From: Thermoanaerobaculia bacterium
GTDB lineage: Bacteria > Acidobacteriota > Thermoanaerobaculia > UBA5066 > Gp7-AA6
Direction: 5' to 3'
Length of the DNA stretch: 64,000 nucleotides
Assembly (NCBI GenBank): GCA_035263845.1
Contig: DATFQY010000191.1
Coordinates: 37 to 64,036, forward strand
Part shown: positions 8,571-19,966 of the stretch, piece by piece
Numbering within the stretch: the stretch's first letter is position 1
Layout: each line of letters begins with the position of its first letter
The notes under the pieces: model-generated
The model's input: the letters and a program-made list of their open reading frames with translations, nothing else
Told to the model about the DNA's origin: nothing
Databases searched by the model: none
Position numbers and translations under genes: made by a program

Positions 8571-10879
8571 TTCACCTCCACCGCGATCGGGGTCGAGCCG
8601 GCCCCGTCGGGGACCTTCTCGAAGGAAAGCGTGGAATTGCCCTTCGCGATTCCCCGCAACACGATTTCCGCGATCGCCCGGGTGCCCGAAACGTTCAAGA
8701 CGCTGGGGATGTCGATGATGACCCGGCCCGGGTCGATGTGGGAATCGGCGTAGCCGCCGTCGGAAAGGATCGGGCGCACCGAGACAGCGGCGGCCACCGC
8801 GGGGTCGAAGCGGACGGCGATCGAGGTGTTCTCGAGCGTCTTGTTGCCGCCGACCCGGACAATGACGGTCTTCTGCTCTCCCGGCGCCAGCACGAGCTGC
8901 GGCGGGTCGAAGTCGAAGGACACCGAGCCCGCGGGGGCGTCGGTCTGCGCCTGGATGGCGGCCTCCTGCGGCGCCGCCGCTCCGGCTCCCGGGGCGGCCG
9001 CCCCGCCCGGCGGGGGCGTGGGTCGAGGGGTGGGCCGGAAGATGTCGCTCGGCCCCCCGGCCGGGGCCAGGTTGATTCCGGCCGGCGGAGGCGGCGTCGT
9101 GGCCGGCCGCGCCGGGGCCACCGACGGCTGCCGGCCGAGGTCGAAGGGGCCTCCTCCGGCGGGCGACTCGATCCGCGGAGTGCCCTGGAACGAGATGTTG
9201 GCGTCGGTACCGACGTAGACCGGGGTCAGGTCCTCATCGGTGACGTCCGGGATCCGGATGATGTGCGGCGTCAGGGTCAGGACGAGGTCCGTCGTCGACT
9301 TGGTCGTCTTCTTCCTCGAAAGCAGCCTCCCCAGGATCGGGATGTCGCCGAGGAACGGGATCGTGACGTTCCCGTTGGCGATGTCCGTCCGCAACAGCCC
9401 GGCGAGGAAGTTCGTCTCGCCGTCCTTCAGGCGGATGTTGGACGAGATCGTCCGGGTGCCGATGATGGGCTGCTCCTGACCCTGCTGGACGGTGATCGAG
9501 CCGTTCAAGTTGGAGACCTCGACGGTCAGCTTCATCGTGATCTCGCGGTTGTGGTGGACGCGAGGCTCGACGTCGATCTTGATCCCGACGTCCTGGTACT
9601 GGAACGACGTGACCGGGACGATGTTGCCGCCGACGGTCGTGCCGGTGTTGAAGGTCGTCGTCGGGATCGGGACCTTGTCGCCGATGAGCAACTGCGCCTT
9701 CTGCCCCTCGGAGATCCGAAGCTGCGGCTTGGCGAGCAGCTCAGCGTCCGTGTTGTTCTTGATGAACGTGTAGGTCAGCGACGGGATCGTGAAGCCGAAG
9801 GAGCGGACCGAGATCTCCTTCAACTGGTCCCAGGTGAAGCTGCCGTCCGGGACGGGGTTGCCGAAGTTCGTGTTGCCGCCCGGGGGAGCCAGGGTCGCCC
9901 CGACGGAGTAGGAGGAGAGCAGCAGGCCGATGTCGATGTTCTTCGTTGCGTTGATCTGGAGCAGCTCGACGTCCACGATGACCTCGGAAAGCTGCTTGTC
10001 GTTCTGCTCGATGATCTTCTCGGCGATCGCGACCTTGTCGGCCGTGTCGCGCAGGGTGATGGAGTTCTCCGCCTTGTTGATCGAAATGCGGGTCGTCTGA
10101 AGCAGCGACCGCAGCGCGTTGGAGACCTCGGTGACGTCCCCGTTGGAGAGGAAGAAGGTCCGGATGACCAGGTCCTCGTAGGTCTTGCGGTTCTGCGGGT
10201 TATCGGCGGCGATCAGCATCGTGTGCTCGTCCACGACCTTGTAGAAGTGGTTCTCCTGCCGCATCAGGGTCTCCAGGGCGGTCTGGAACTCCACGTTGTT
10301 GAGCACGATCGAGACATTGTCGTCCTTCAGCTGCGGGTCGAAGATGACGTTGATGCCGGCGGCCGAGGCCAGCGACTGGTAGATCTGCTTGATCGGCTTG
10401 GGCGTCGGGAAGTTCAGGTTGATCGGCCGGTCGCTCGTGGGCTCGAGCATCGGGGCGCGGGCGCGGATGCCGCGGGTCCTGCGCTTGGCCGCCTCCATCC
10501 GGCTTTCCCCCGTCCGCTCGGCGATCGCCTTGGCGGCCTCGTCCCTCGCCTTGCGCAGCTCCGTCTCCGCGTACTTGTTGTTGTTGTCCAGGACGACCGC
10601 CTGCTCGAGCTCGACGACGGCCAGCTCCGGCTGGGCGGCGGCTCGGTACGTCTTCCCCTTCTCGAAGTGGAACTGAGACGCCTTGATTTTCGCCTTGGCG
10701 TAGGAAATCCGGTATTGCGAGTTGGCCGGGTCGAGCTCCACCGCCCGGCTGTACTTCATGACCGCGATGTCCCAATGCCCGAGCTGCTCTTCGTCCCGCG
10801 CCTCCTGGTAGGCGCGCGAGCCGGCGCAGCCGACGGCGAAGACAAGAGTCAGGAGTGCAAGAAGTCGCGATAGCTTCAT
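8567..10879 (-). CDS. gspD: Secretin (GspD/PilQ family) with N-terminal lipoprotein/TPR domain and C-terminal Pro-rich plus Ig-like extension
   Basis: Lipoprotein signal MKLSRLLALLTLVFAVGC; secretin C-domain (LKDGETNFLAGLL...GDIPILGRLLS); about 200-aa C-terminal extension. Confidence 0.8.
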   Translation of the reverse strand: MKLSRLLALLTLVFAVGCAGSRAYQEARDEEQLGHWDIAVMKYSRAVELDPANSQYRISYAKAKIKASQFHFEKGKTYRAAAQPELAVVELEQAVVLDNNNKYAETELRKARDEAAKAIAERTGESRMEAAKRRTRGIRARAPMLEPTSDRPINLNFPTPKPIKQIYQSLASAAGINVIFDPQLKDDNVSIVLNNVEFQTALETLMRQENHFYKVVDEHTMLIAADNPQNRKTYEDLVIRTFFLSNGDVTEVSNALRSLLQTTRISINKAENSITLRDTADKVAIAEKIIEQNDKQLSEVIVDVELLQINATKNIDIGLLLSSYSVGATLAPPGGNTNFGNPVPDGSFTWDQLKEISVRSFGFTIPSLTYTFIKNNTDAELLAKPQLRISEGQKAQLLIGDKVPIPTTTFNTGTTVGGNIVPVTSFQYQDVGIKIDVEPRVHHNREITMKLTVEVSNLNGSITVQQGQEQPIIGTRTISSNIRLKDGETNFLAGLLRTDIANGNVTIPFLGDIPILGRLLSRKKTTKSTTDLVLTLTPHIIRIPDVTDEDLTPVYVGTDANISFQGTPRIESPAGGGPFDLGRQPSVAPARPATTPPPPAGINLAPAGGPSDIFRPTPRPTPPPGGAAAPGAGAAAPQEAAIQAQTDAPAGSVSFDFDPPQLVLAPGEQKTVIVRVGGNKTLENTSIAVRFDPAVAAAVSVRPILSDGGYADSHIDPGRVIIDIPSVLNVSGTRAIAEIVLRGIAKGNSTLSFEKVPDGAGSTPIAVEVK

Positions 10880-10907
10880 GAGAAGTCTTCCCTTCGATCA
10901 ACAGGTC

Positions 10908-11561
10908 TCATGGTGTGATCCCCAGGCGTTTCGTCACGGACTGCGGATAGCCGACGTAGCCGATCTCGACGGACTCGTATCCGATGTTTCGGAGGATGAA
11001 ACGGTTGAAGACGACGTCCCCGGCGCGCGCGTTCAAGAGCTGGTCTCCCTGGAGCAGGACCGCGATCGGCGCCTCCCGGGGCCCGAACGTGCCGATGAAC
11101 TTGAAGCTGACCTCCGGCGGAACCGGGGTCGGCGTCGGGCCGGGCGGCGGGAGCGGCCCGATGAAGAGCGCGCTTCCGGGCGCGGGGGGCGGAGGCGGGG
11201 GCGGCGTCGGCGTGGGAGGCGGCGTCGGGGATGGCTGCCGCGGGTCGAAGATGTTGCGCCCGGTCTCCCCCGCTCGGGGCCGCGGAGGGTTGAGCATGTC
11301 CTTGCTCAGGAACGGCACGTCTTCCGGCGCGGTCTTCTTCTCGCGCGAGGCGCGGGCGCGCGGGCGGGCCACGGGTCGGTCGTCCTCCGCGCTGGCCGCG
11401 GGCGAGCCCGTGGCGGACGAGGCGGAGGCCGGGCCCGAGCGCGCGGTTGCGTCGCCTCCTCCCCGGTTGCCCCACTTCACGACGGCCAGGACCAGCACGA
11501 CGGCGAGGGCGCCGAGCAGGTAGAGCTGGCTTCGGGTCGAGCCGGAGGGGGCCCTCATTGC
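10908..11561 (-). CDS. GspC/PilP-like proline-rich periplasmic protein
   Basis: N-terminal TM segment, PPTPTPPPPPPP linker and a C-terminal beta-rich domain. Position after the GspM-like gene supports the call. Weak. Confidence 0.4.
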   Translation of the reverse strand, partial: AMRAPSGSTRSQLYLLGALAVVLVLAVVKWGNRGGGDATARSGPASASSATGSPAASAEDDRPVARPRARASREKKTAPEDVPFLSKDMLNPPRPRAGETGRNIFDPRQPSPTPPPTPTPPPPPPPAPGSALFIGPLPPPGPTPTPVPPEVSFKFIGTFGPREAPIAVLLQGDQLLNARAGDVVFNRFILRNIGYESVEIGYVGYPQSVTKRLGITP

Positions 11562-12163
11562 GGCGTGCTCCCGGCGAGCCTCGCGCGCGTCGAGGGCGCC
11601 TCGCCTTCCTCGGCGAGGAAGTAGGTCACCAGCGTCACGTGGACCTGAACCGAGCCCGGCATCTCCTGGTCCCGGGTCAGGCCGATCTCCCGGACGGCGA
11701 TCCACTTGCGGCTCGTCTGGAAGGCGTCGAGGAGCTGCTTGAACCGGCCGTATTCCCCGCGGAAGGAGAAGGCCACGTTCATCGGAACGAGCGAGCCGCT
11801 CTCCTGCTTGATCGCTGCGTACGAGATCTGCGCCGGGGAGACCCCTCCCTTGCGCAGGATCGTGTGGATCTCGTCCACGACGGCGGCCAGCGTCTCGCGC
11901 TGGGAGCCGATGCGGTGTCCGTAGAACTCGTCGAGCGCGGCGCGAACCTCCGAGAGGCGCTTGCGGTCGGAGGCGAGCTTCTTCGCCTCCGCCTCCTTCG
12001 ACTCGACCTCCTTCTCGAGCGCGACGCGCCGCCCCTCGAGGGCCTCGCGGCGCTCGCGGGCGGTGCCGCGATACCAGAAGAAGAACCCGGCGTTGGCGAC
12101 GAGCAGGACTCCCGCCGCGATCAGCCAGCCCAGCCGCCTCGCCCAGACGCCGCCGCCCGTCAC
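11555..12163 (-). CDS. GspM/PilO-like inner-membrane component
   Basis: Single N-terminal TM, a coiled-coil and a periplasmic domain, plus operon position. Confidence 0.45.
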   Translation of the reverse strand: MTGGGVWARRLGWLIAAGVLLVANAGFFFWYRGTARERREALEGRRVALEKEVESKEAEAKKLASDRKRLSEVRAALDEFYGHRIGSQRETLAAVVDEIHTILRKGGVSPAQISYAAIKQESGSLVPMNVAFSFRGEYGRFKQLLDAFQTSRKWIAVREIGLTRDQEMPGSVQVHVTLVTYFLAEEGEAPSTRARLAGSTPQ

Positions 12164-12738
12164 GACTTCGCTCCGGGACGGTACTGGACCGTCACCTCGA
12201 AGGTGTGCCCCTCGGGCACGCCCTTCTCGGGATTGGACTCCGTGTGGAGGGCCAGGGACTCGAAGGACGGGTCCTTCGAGAACGCGGCGATCGTCTTGAC
12301 GACGCTCTCGGAGTCCTTGCCCAGCAACCCGATGCTCAACGTCGTCTCGCCCGTATCCTCGAAGTGCGGCGCCAGGCGGACCACACGCACGTCGGGCGGG
12401 AGCGTCTTCTCGAGCCTCGTCAGCAGGCCGGTCCAGGAGAAGCGGCGCTCCCCGACGATCCGGAGCAAGCCACGGCTCTCCTGGGCCAGCGCGGAGACCT
12501 TGTAGTTGTTCAGCGCCGTCCGGGACTCGTCGGCCCCCCTCATCGCCTTCGCACGCCGCTGCTCGAGAAACTCGATCTGGCGCCCGGTGCCCTCGCTGTC
12601 GCGCTGAAAATCGCGGTACAGCGAGACGTTCTGGGCCAGGAAGACGAGCGCGACCGCGAAGGCGAGCCCCGCGATCAGGAAGACGGGACGCTCGTCGCGG
12701 AAGGGGCGGCGCGCGAAATCGAGCCGGCGGAGCCTCAT
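12160..12738 (-). CDS. PilN / GspL C-terminal-domain-like protein
   Basis: Bitopic membrane protein sitting between the PilM-like and PilO-like genes. Confidence 0.45.
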   Translation of the reverse strand: MRLRRLDFARRPFRDERPVFLIAGLAFAVALVFLAQNVSLYRDFQRDSEGTGRQIEFLEQRRAKAMRGADESRTALNNYKVSALAQESRGLLRIVGERRFSWTGLLTRLEKTLPPDVRVVRLAPHFEDTGETTLSIGLLGKDSESVVKTIAAFSKDPSFESLALHTESNPEKGVPEGHTFEVTVQYRPGAKS

Positions 12739-13642
12739 CGCCCGTACACCGCCGCGAACCCGGGCAGCAGCTCGGGCCGCGAAACGATCCGCTCGTCGAA
12801 CGTGGGATCAGTCGAGAAGAGCCGGCCCTGGATCCTCTGGGGGGGCACCGGGAGCCTCTCGGCGTGCCACGACTCCGCGGGCGACTGGTCGTGGACGTAG
12901 ATCGCCGCGAGGCCCTGCCCGTTCAACTTCTCGGCGTAATAGGAGAGCGACAGCCGCAGCTCCTGCTCGTGCCCCTCTTCCTCCTCGGAAGGACGCTGCC
13001 GGAAGAGAAGCAGCGTCTCGCCGCGCGCGATGATGAAGACGATCGACCCGGAGGAGCGGTGGATCAGCGCATAGTCTCCGGGGCTCTTCGCCGAGAGCGT
13101 CGGCGCCAGCCCCTCGAAGAGGACGAGGCTCGCCGGCGCCAGCGCGCCGACCCGCACCCCCTTCTCCTCGAACGCCGCCTCGATCGAGCGGAGCATCTCG
13201 GCCGGCGCGGCCGCGACGAGCAGGCGCTTCTGCTCGCCCGCGGGGGCCATTTCGACGTGGACGATCTCCAGCTCGGTGGTCACGCCCGGAAGGAGCTTCT
13301 TCAACTTCCACAGCACCATCTCGCGGATCGACTCGTCGGAGCTGGGGATCGAGTCGAGCTCGACGGGAAGGATCCGCGCCCAGGAATCCGGGAAGACGAC
13401 GGAGGCGCGGGTCAGCCGGCCCTGGGAGAACCGGCGCGCGGCCTCGACCGCGGGCGCCAGGGCGGCGGCCGAGAAGAGCGGCGTCCCGGAGGCGCCGGTC
13501 CCGACCGTGTTGGGCGGATAGGGGAAGTTCTGCGAGAAGGAGATCCCGGCCGGCGACTTGCGGTTGACGAAGGCGTAGGTCACTCCGTCCGCCATCAGGC
13601 AGAAGACGTGCGGGGGCACGACCGGTTTCAGAAAGGGCAGCG

Positions 13643-13646
<4 letters not shown>
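12735..13646 (-). CDS. PilM / GspL cytoplasmic-domain-like (actin-like) protein
   Basis: About 303 aa, ATGA-coupled to gspE. Architecture fits a split GspL. Confidence 0.55.
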
Positions 13647-15256
<1,610 letters not shown>

Positions 15257-15266
15257 GGTCCTCCTC

Positions 15267-16481
15267 CTATCCCTTGATCTGCGACATGAGACGGAAGATC
15301 GGCAGATACACCGAGAGGAGGATCGTCATGATGACCCCTCCCATGATCACGAGGATCGCCGGCTCGACGAAGGAGATCACCCGCGCCAGCAGAAGGTCGA
15401 TTTCCTCGTCGTAGAACTCCGACACGGAGGAGAGCATCTCCTCCAGGGCGCCCGAGGCCTCGCCGACCTTGATCATCTCGATTGTCAGGTTCGTGAAGAT
15501 GCCCGTTCCCTCGAGGGCCCTCCACAGCTCGCCTCCCTCTCGGATCTTCGGGACGATCTCGCCGATCTGGCGCGAGACGAAGCGGTTGCCGACCGCCGCG
15601 GACGCGTTCTCCAGCGCCGGGACGAGCGGCGTGCCCCCTCCCAGGAGCGTCGCCAGGCTGCGCGTGAACTGAGAGATCGCGAAGCGGCGGAAGATGCCGC
15701 CGAGGACGGGGAGCTTCAGGATGAACGAGTCGCCCCACTCGGCGCCCCGCGAGGACTTCAGCCACCGCGTCGCGAAGAAGCCCCCGACGATCAGGACCAC
15801 GAGGAGGAGGAAGATGTTGCGCCGCAGGAACGTCGCGGAACCGATGACGATGACCGTCAGCAGCGGCAGCTCCGCCTTGAAGTCTCCGAAGAACTCCTGG
15901 AACTTCGGGATCACGACGGTCATCAGGATCGCGATCAGCCCGATCGAGAGCGCGATCAGGATGGCCGGGTAGACGAGCGTCGAGATGACCTTGCGGGTCA
16001 GCGCCATGATCGTGCGCTGGTACTTGACGTACCGGCGCAGCACGCTCTCGATCTCGCCGGACTTCTCGCCGGCTTTCAACGACGTCCAGTACAGCCGCGG
16101 AAAGAGGTCTCCCTGCTGCTCGAAGGCGTCGGAGATCGCGGCTCCGGCGTTGACCCTCTCCCGGACGTCCGCGAGGACGCGGCGCAGGACCGGGCTCTCT
16201 TGCCGCTCCAGCAGCAGCTCGAAGGAGTGGAGGACCGGCAGCCCGGCCTTCAGCAGCGCGATCAGCTCCTGGTTGAAGATCAGGAAGTCGCGCATCTTGA
16301 CGTGCCCGCGGCGGCGCCGACGGCCGCCCACCAGCGACAGGCCCTCGCGGCGGATCTCGAAGACATGCCCGCCGCGGCGCTCCATCTCCAGGCGCGCCGC
16401 CGTGGCGTCGGCCGCCTGGATCGCCTCCTCGGCCACCCTCCCGTCGGGCCATCCGACCTTGGCTCGGAACTCGCGGCTCAT
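15267..16481 (-). CDS. gspF: Type II secretion platform protein GspF
   Basis: 404 aa with duplicated GspF/PilC domains. Confidence 0.85.
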   Translation of the reverse strand: MSREFRAKVGWPDGRVAEEAIQAADATAARLEMERRGGHVFEIRREGLSLVGGRRRRRGHVKMRDFLIFNQELIALLKAGLPVLHSFELLLERQESPVLRRVLADVRERVNAGAAISDAFEQQGDLFPRLYWTSLKAGEKSGEIESVLRRYVKYQRTIMALTRKVISTLVYPAILIALSIGLIAILMTVVIPKFQEFFGDFKAELPLLTVIVIGSATFLRRNIFLLLVVLIVGGFFATRWLKSSRGAEWGDSFILKLPVLGGIFRRFAISQFTRSLATLLGGGTPLVPALENASAAVGNRFVSRQIGEIVPKIREGGELWRALEGTGIFTNLTIEMIKVGEASGALEEMLSSVSEFYDEEIDLLLARVISFVEPAILVIMGGVIMTILLSVYLPIFRLMSQIKG

Positions 16482-16484
16482 CGC

Positions 16485-17234
16485 CTAGCGCTTCTCCACC
16501 GACTTGCCCCCCGGCGCTCCGGGGCGGGCCGTCTCCTGCGCGAGCAGGATCAGGATCAGGGCGTTCTTGGAGCCTTCCTCCTTGGACGCCCCGACGACCA
16601 GCGTCTGGTTGAGCGTCACCGGCACGGAGGCGCGGTACAGGAGCGTGGGCTGCACGCGGCCCTGCTCGTCCTTCTTCAGCCTGGACAGAGCGAACGGCGA
16701 GAGCAGCAGCTCGTCGCCCGCCCCGGCCGGGCCGATGGTGAAGGTCAGGATGTACTCGTCGCCGAGCCGGTAGGAGACCGGCCGTCCCTCGACTCCCTGC
16801 ATCGTGGCGGAATCCAGGAGCGTGTAGTCGTTGAACTGGAACATGGATTTCAGCTTCGCCCCCAGACCGCCGATCTCGCGCGCCATGGACCCGGCGGGCG
16901 CGTCGGCGCGGGCACGCACGAGCTTGACCGCGAAGGTGAAGCCGCGCGGGGGAACGTCGAACTCGGAGAGGACCTTCGCGATCGTCTTCAAGTTCTCCTC
17001 CCGATCCGTGACGGTCATCGCATTCAGGCGCTGCGCCAGCGTGATCGAGGCCGAGTCGGAGAGGTGGGGACGGATCAGCAGGGCCGCCTCTTCGACCCGC
17101 TTGTACTTCAGCACGAAGACCCGGACCGCCGTCTCCGAGGCCGCCCCCGCCGGGGACGCGTTCTCCGGTCCCGGCAGCGCGATCGCGTCGAGCGACATGG
17201 CCACGAGGGCCGCGAAGAGAATTCCTTTTCTCAC
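16485..17234 (-). CDS. Periplasmic protein with a Secretin_N-like domain
   Basis: Signal peptide, then VRVFVLKYKRVEEAALLIRP...TVTDREENLKTIAKVLSEFD, which resembles the secretin N domain. No secretin C-domain. Confidence 0.5.
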   Translation of the reverse strand: MRKGILFAALVAMSLDAIALPGPENASPAGAASETAVRVFVLKYKRVEEAALLIRPHLSDSASITLAQRLNAMTVTDREENLKTIAKVLSEFDVPPRGFTFAVKLVRARADAPAGSMAREIGGLGAKLKSMFQFNDYTLLDSATMQGVEGRPVSYRLGDEYILTFTIGPAGAGDELLLSPFALSRLKKDEQGRVQPTLLYRASVPVTLNQTLVVGASKEEGSKNALILILLAQETARPGAPGGKSVEKR

Positions 17235-17276
17235 CGAATGAAGAACCCCGCCCGGGAACCGAGATGCCCGGAACGC

Positions 17277-17822
17277 TTAGATGTCGATCGAACGATCCAC
17301 GATCCAGACCACGCGCGGCTGTCCCGCGCCGGGGTTGAAGTCGTAGATCGTCGCGTCCGCCGGAAACTTCTGGGTCCCGCTCGTGACGCCGGGCGCCTGC
17401 GGCGGCGCGATCGCCGCCGGAGCGAAGCCCGTGTCCGCCGACTGGCGGGGCCCCGCCACCGCCGCCGGCGCATCCCGCCGAGGCGGCGCTCCCGGCGCCA
17501 GAAGCGTCAGGAGAAGGGCCGCCGCGGCCGCGCCCAGGATGCTCCACCGCCGCCGGCGCGAAGGAGCCTCGACCCGCCGCTCCGCCTGCTTCCAGGCGAT
17601 GCCCGACCGGACGCCCTCGAGGATCCGCGAGATCTCGGCGGGCGGGACCGGCGGCTCGGCCGCTCCCGCGAAGAGAAACAGCGGATCCGCCGCGGCCGCC
17701 ACCCGGCGGCACTCCTCGCACGAGGCGAGGTGCTCGCGAACGGCCCTTCGCTGCTCTCGGGTCAGCGCTTCCGCGGAGTAGTCGTCGAAACGGCCGCGGA
17801 TCTGGCCGCAAGAGGGCGTCAT
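17277..17822 (-). CDS. Anti-sigma factor (zf-HC2 type), single TM
   Basis: CGQIR...HLASCEECR zinc finger with a TM helix. ATGA-coupled to the sigma gene. Confidence 0.6.
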   Translation of the reverse strand: MTPSCGQIRGRFDDYSAEALTREQRRAVREHLASCEECRRVAAAADPLFLFAGAAEPPVPPAEISRILEGVRSGIAWKQAERRVEAPSRRRRWSILGAAAAALLLTLLAPGAPPRRDAPAAVAGPRQSADTGFAPAAIAPPQAPGVTSGTQKFPADATIYDFNPGAGQPRVVWIVDRSIDI

Positions 17823-18514
17823 GGCTCGACCTTGTCCCGCTGGTCCCGCCGCCGCGAGAGCCCCGGCGAGATCCGCTCGATCTCTCGGCGAAGCGCGCGT
17901 CGTGCGTTGAAGAGGTGGTTGCGGACGGTGGACTCGCCGCAATTCAGGATCTCCGCGATCTCGCTGGTTTCCAGGTCCTCGAGCTCGCGCAGCACGAAGG
18001 CTGCCTTCTGCTTGCCCGTCAGCCTGCCCGCGACCTTCTGGAAGAGCCGCGAGGCGGAATCATCCTCGGCCGCCCGCGTCGTCTCGTTGCCGGTCTCGCT
18101 CTCGCGCATCCGGACGAGGTGAAGCGTGGCGGTATGGGCCTTCTCGCGGCTCCGGGCGGACCGAAGAAAGTCGATCGCGAGGTTGGTCGCGATCCGGTAG
18201 AGCCAGGTGTTGAAGGAGTATGTCTCGTCGTAGCGGGACAGCTGCTCCCAGACCCGCAGGAAGGACAGCTGCGCGACGTCCCTCGCGTCCTCGAGGTTTC
18301 CCACGATGCGGCGGGCGACCGCGACGACGGAGGGGGTCTTGCGCACCACCAGCGCCTCGAAGGCGACCATGTCGCCGCCCCGCGCCTGGATGGCCAGCTC
18401 GCGGTCCGGCAGCTGGCCGACTTCCTCCCGCCGCCGGTTCTCGCTGTAGATGAGCTCCATCGGCGTTTTATACGGAGACGGATCGCCCGGCGTTGGAGGC
18501 TTTTTCTCCGACAT
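17819..18514 (-). CDS. ECF-type RNA polymerase sigma-70 family factor
   Basis: Region 2 (LSFLRVWEQLSRYDETYSFNTWLYRIATNLAIDFLR) and region 4 (EIAEILNCGESTVRNHLFNARRALR). Confidence 0.75.
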   Translation of the reverse strand: MSEKKPPTPGDPSPYKTPMELIYSENRRREEVGQLPDRELAIQARGGDMVAFEALVVRKTPSVVAVARRIVGNLEDARDVAQLSFLRVWEQLSRYDETYSFNTWLYRIATNLAIDFLRSARSREKAHTATLHLVRMRESETGNETTRAAEDDSASRLFQKVAGRLTGKQKAAFVLRELEDLETSEIAEILNCGESTVRNHLFNARRALRREIERISPGLSRRRDQRDKVEP

Positions 18515-18649
18515 AAGCCATTGAATGGTAGGGCCTTGGGGCGGCCGGGGCAAGTCGAAGGTCCGAGGGAGGGGTAGGAGTGGCCAACCTGGACCTGAAA
18601 CAGTCCGCTCGCGGCCCTCGATTCCTGTGGTCGGGGATAATCGACGCGG

Positions 18650-19966
18650 ATGTTTCTCTACCGAATCCTGTCGGTCCTGGCGCTGCTGGCCTACTCCCCG
18701 GTCGCCCTTTTCCGGTCGATGACCGGGCGGAAGAAAATGGGGGACGTCCGGGGCAAGCTGGGGCTGCTCCCCTACCCCGATCTGGACGGCGGAATCTGGG
18801 TCCACGCAGTCTCGGTCGGCGAGGTCGGGGTGGCGCGCAACCTGTTGACCGCGCTCTCGAAGCGGGCGCCGGCGGGCACGCGGCTCGGGCTGTCCGCGAC
18901 GACTGTCGCCGGCCTGGAAACGGCCCGCCGCACGTCGGTGGATCGCTGGCCGGTCTTCTCGTTCCCGCTCGACCTCGCGGGTCCGGTCGAGAAGGCCCTG
19001 GCGGCCGTCCGGCCGGGCCTCGTCGTCCTGACGGAGACGGAACTCTGGCCGCTCCTGATCGACCGGGCTGTCCGGCGAGGAGCCGGCGTCGCCCTGGTCA
19101 ACGGGAGGATTTCGGACCGGTCGCTGCGCCGTTACCGGCTCGTGCGGCGGTGGTTCGCACGGAGCCTGGAGCGGATTTCCCTCTTCGCGATGCAAAGCGA
19201 GGAGGACTCGAGGCGCATCCGGGAGCTTGGGGCGCCGGCGGACCGCGTCCTCGTAACCGGCAACGTCAAGTACGACCTCGCGCCGGCTCCCCCCTTCGCG
19301 GACGCCGCCCGGCTTTCGTCTCTCGCGGCCGGCCGGCCGGTCCTCGTCGCGGCTTCGACCGGGCCGGGCGAAGAAGCGATCGTGCTGGACGCCTGGAAGG
19401 GTTTGGAGTCGCGCACCGTGCTCGCGATCGCCCCGCGCCGCCCCGAGCGGTTCGAAGAGGTCGCCCGGCTGGTCGAATCGAAAGGCTTCGCGGTGATCCG
19501 CCGCTCGGACCCCGGCGCGCTCTCAAATCACAAATCACAAATCCCAAATCACAAATCTTCGGTCTACGTTCTCGATACGGTCGGAGAGCTCGCTTCGCTG
19601 TACGGCGAGGCGGCGATCGCCTTCATCGGGGGGAGCCTGATCCCCACCGGCGGCCACAATCCGATCGAGGCCTGGGCGCAAGGAGTCGCCGTCCTCGTCG
19701 GCCCGCACACTCAGAGTTTTCGCGAGATCACCGAGGCGGGCGAGAAGCAGGGAGTCCTCCACCGAGTGGCCGGGGGCGAGGAGCTCGCGAGGGCGTTCGA
19801 GGCCGCCGCCGCCGACCCCGAGGCCGCCGCCGCGCGAGGCGCCGCCGCTCGCGCGTTCGTCGCGAAGAGCCGGGGAGCGGCCGAGGCGACCGCGGAGGCC
19901 ATCGTCAAGCTCCTGCCCGCCGAGCCGGTTCCCGCCAAAGAGAAGTCGCGAGCTGCGCTCCCGTGA
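18650..19966 (+). CDS. waaA: 3-deoxy-D-manno-octulosonic acid transferase
   Basis: KdtA-like over its full length (VSVGEV..., LDTVGEL...GGSL...GGHNP). Carries an in-frame heptamer-repeat segment. Confidence 0.85.
   Translation: MFLYRILSVLALLAYSPVALFRSMTGRKKMGDVRGKLGLLPYPDLDGGIWVHAVSVGEVGVARNLLTALSKRAPAGTRLGLSATTVAGLETARRTSVDRWPVFSFPLDLAGPVEKALAAVRPGLVVLTETELWPLLIDRAVRRGAGVALVNGRISDRSLRRYRLVRRWFARSLERISLFAMQSEEDSRRIRELGAPADRVLVTGNVKYDLAPAPPFADAARLSSLAAGRPVLVAASTGPGEEAIVLDAWKGLESRTVLAIAPRRPERFEEVARLVESKGFAVIRRSDPGALSNHKSQIPNHKSSVYVLDTVGELASLYGEAAIAFIGGSLIPTGGHNPIEAWAQGVAVLVGPHTQSFREITEAGEKQGVLHRVAGGEELARAFEAAAADPEAAAARGAAARAFVAKSRGAAEATAEAIVKLLPAEPVPAKEKSRAALP
19524..19560 (-). repeat. GAAGA-(TTTGTGA)4 element, in-frame inside kdtA in reverse orientation
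   Basis: aaatcacaaatcacaaatcccaaatcacaaatcttc encodes SNHKSQIPNHKS. Confidence 0.6.
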
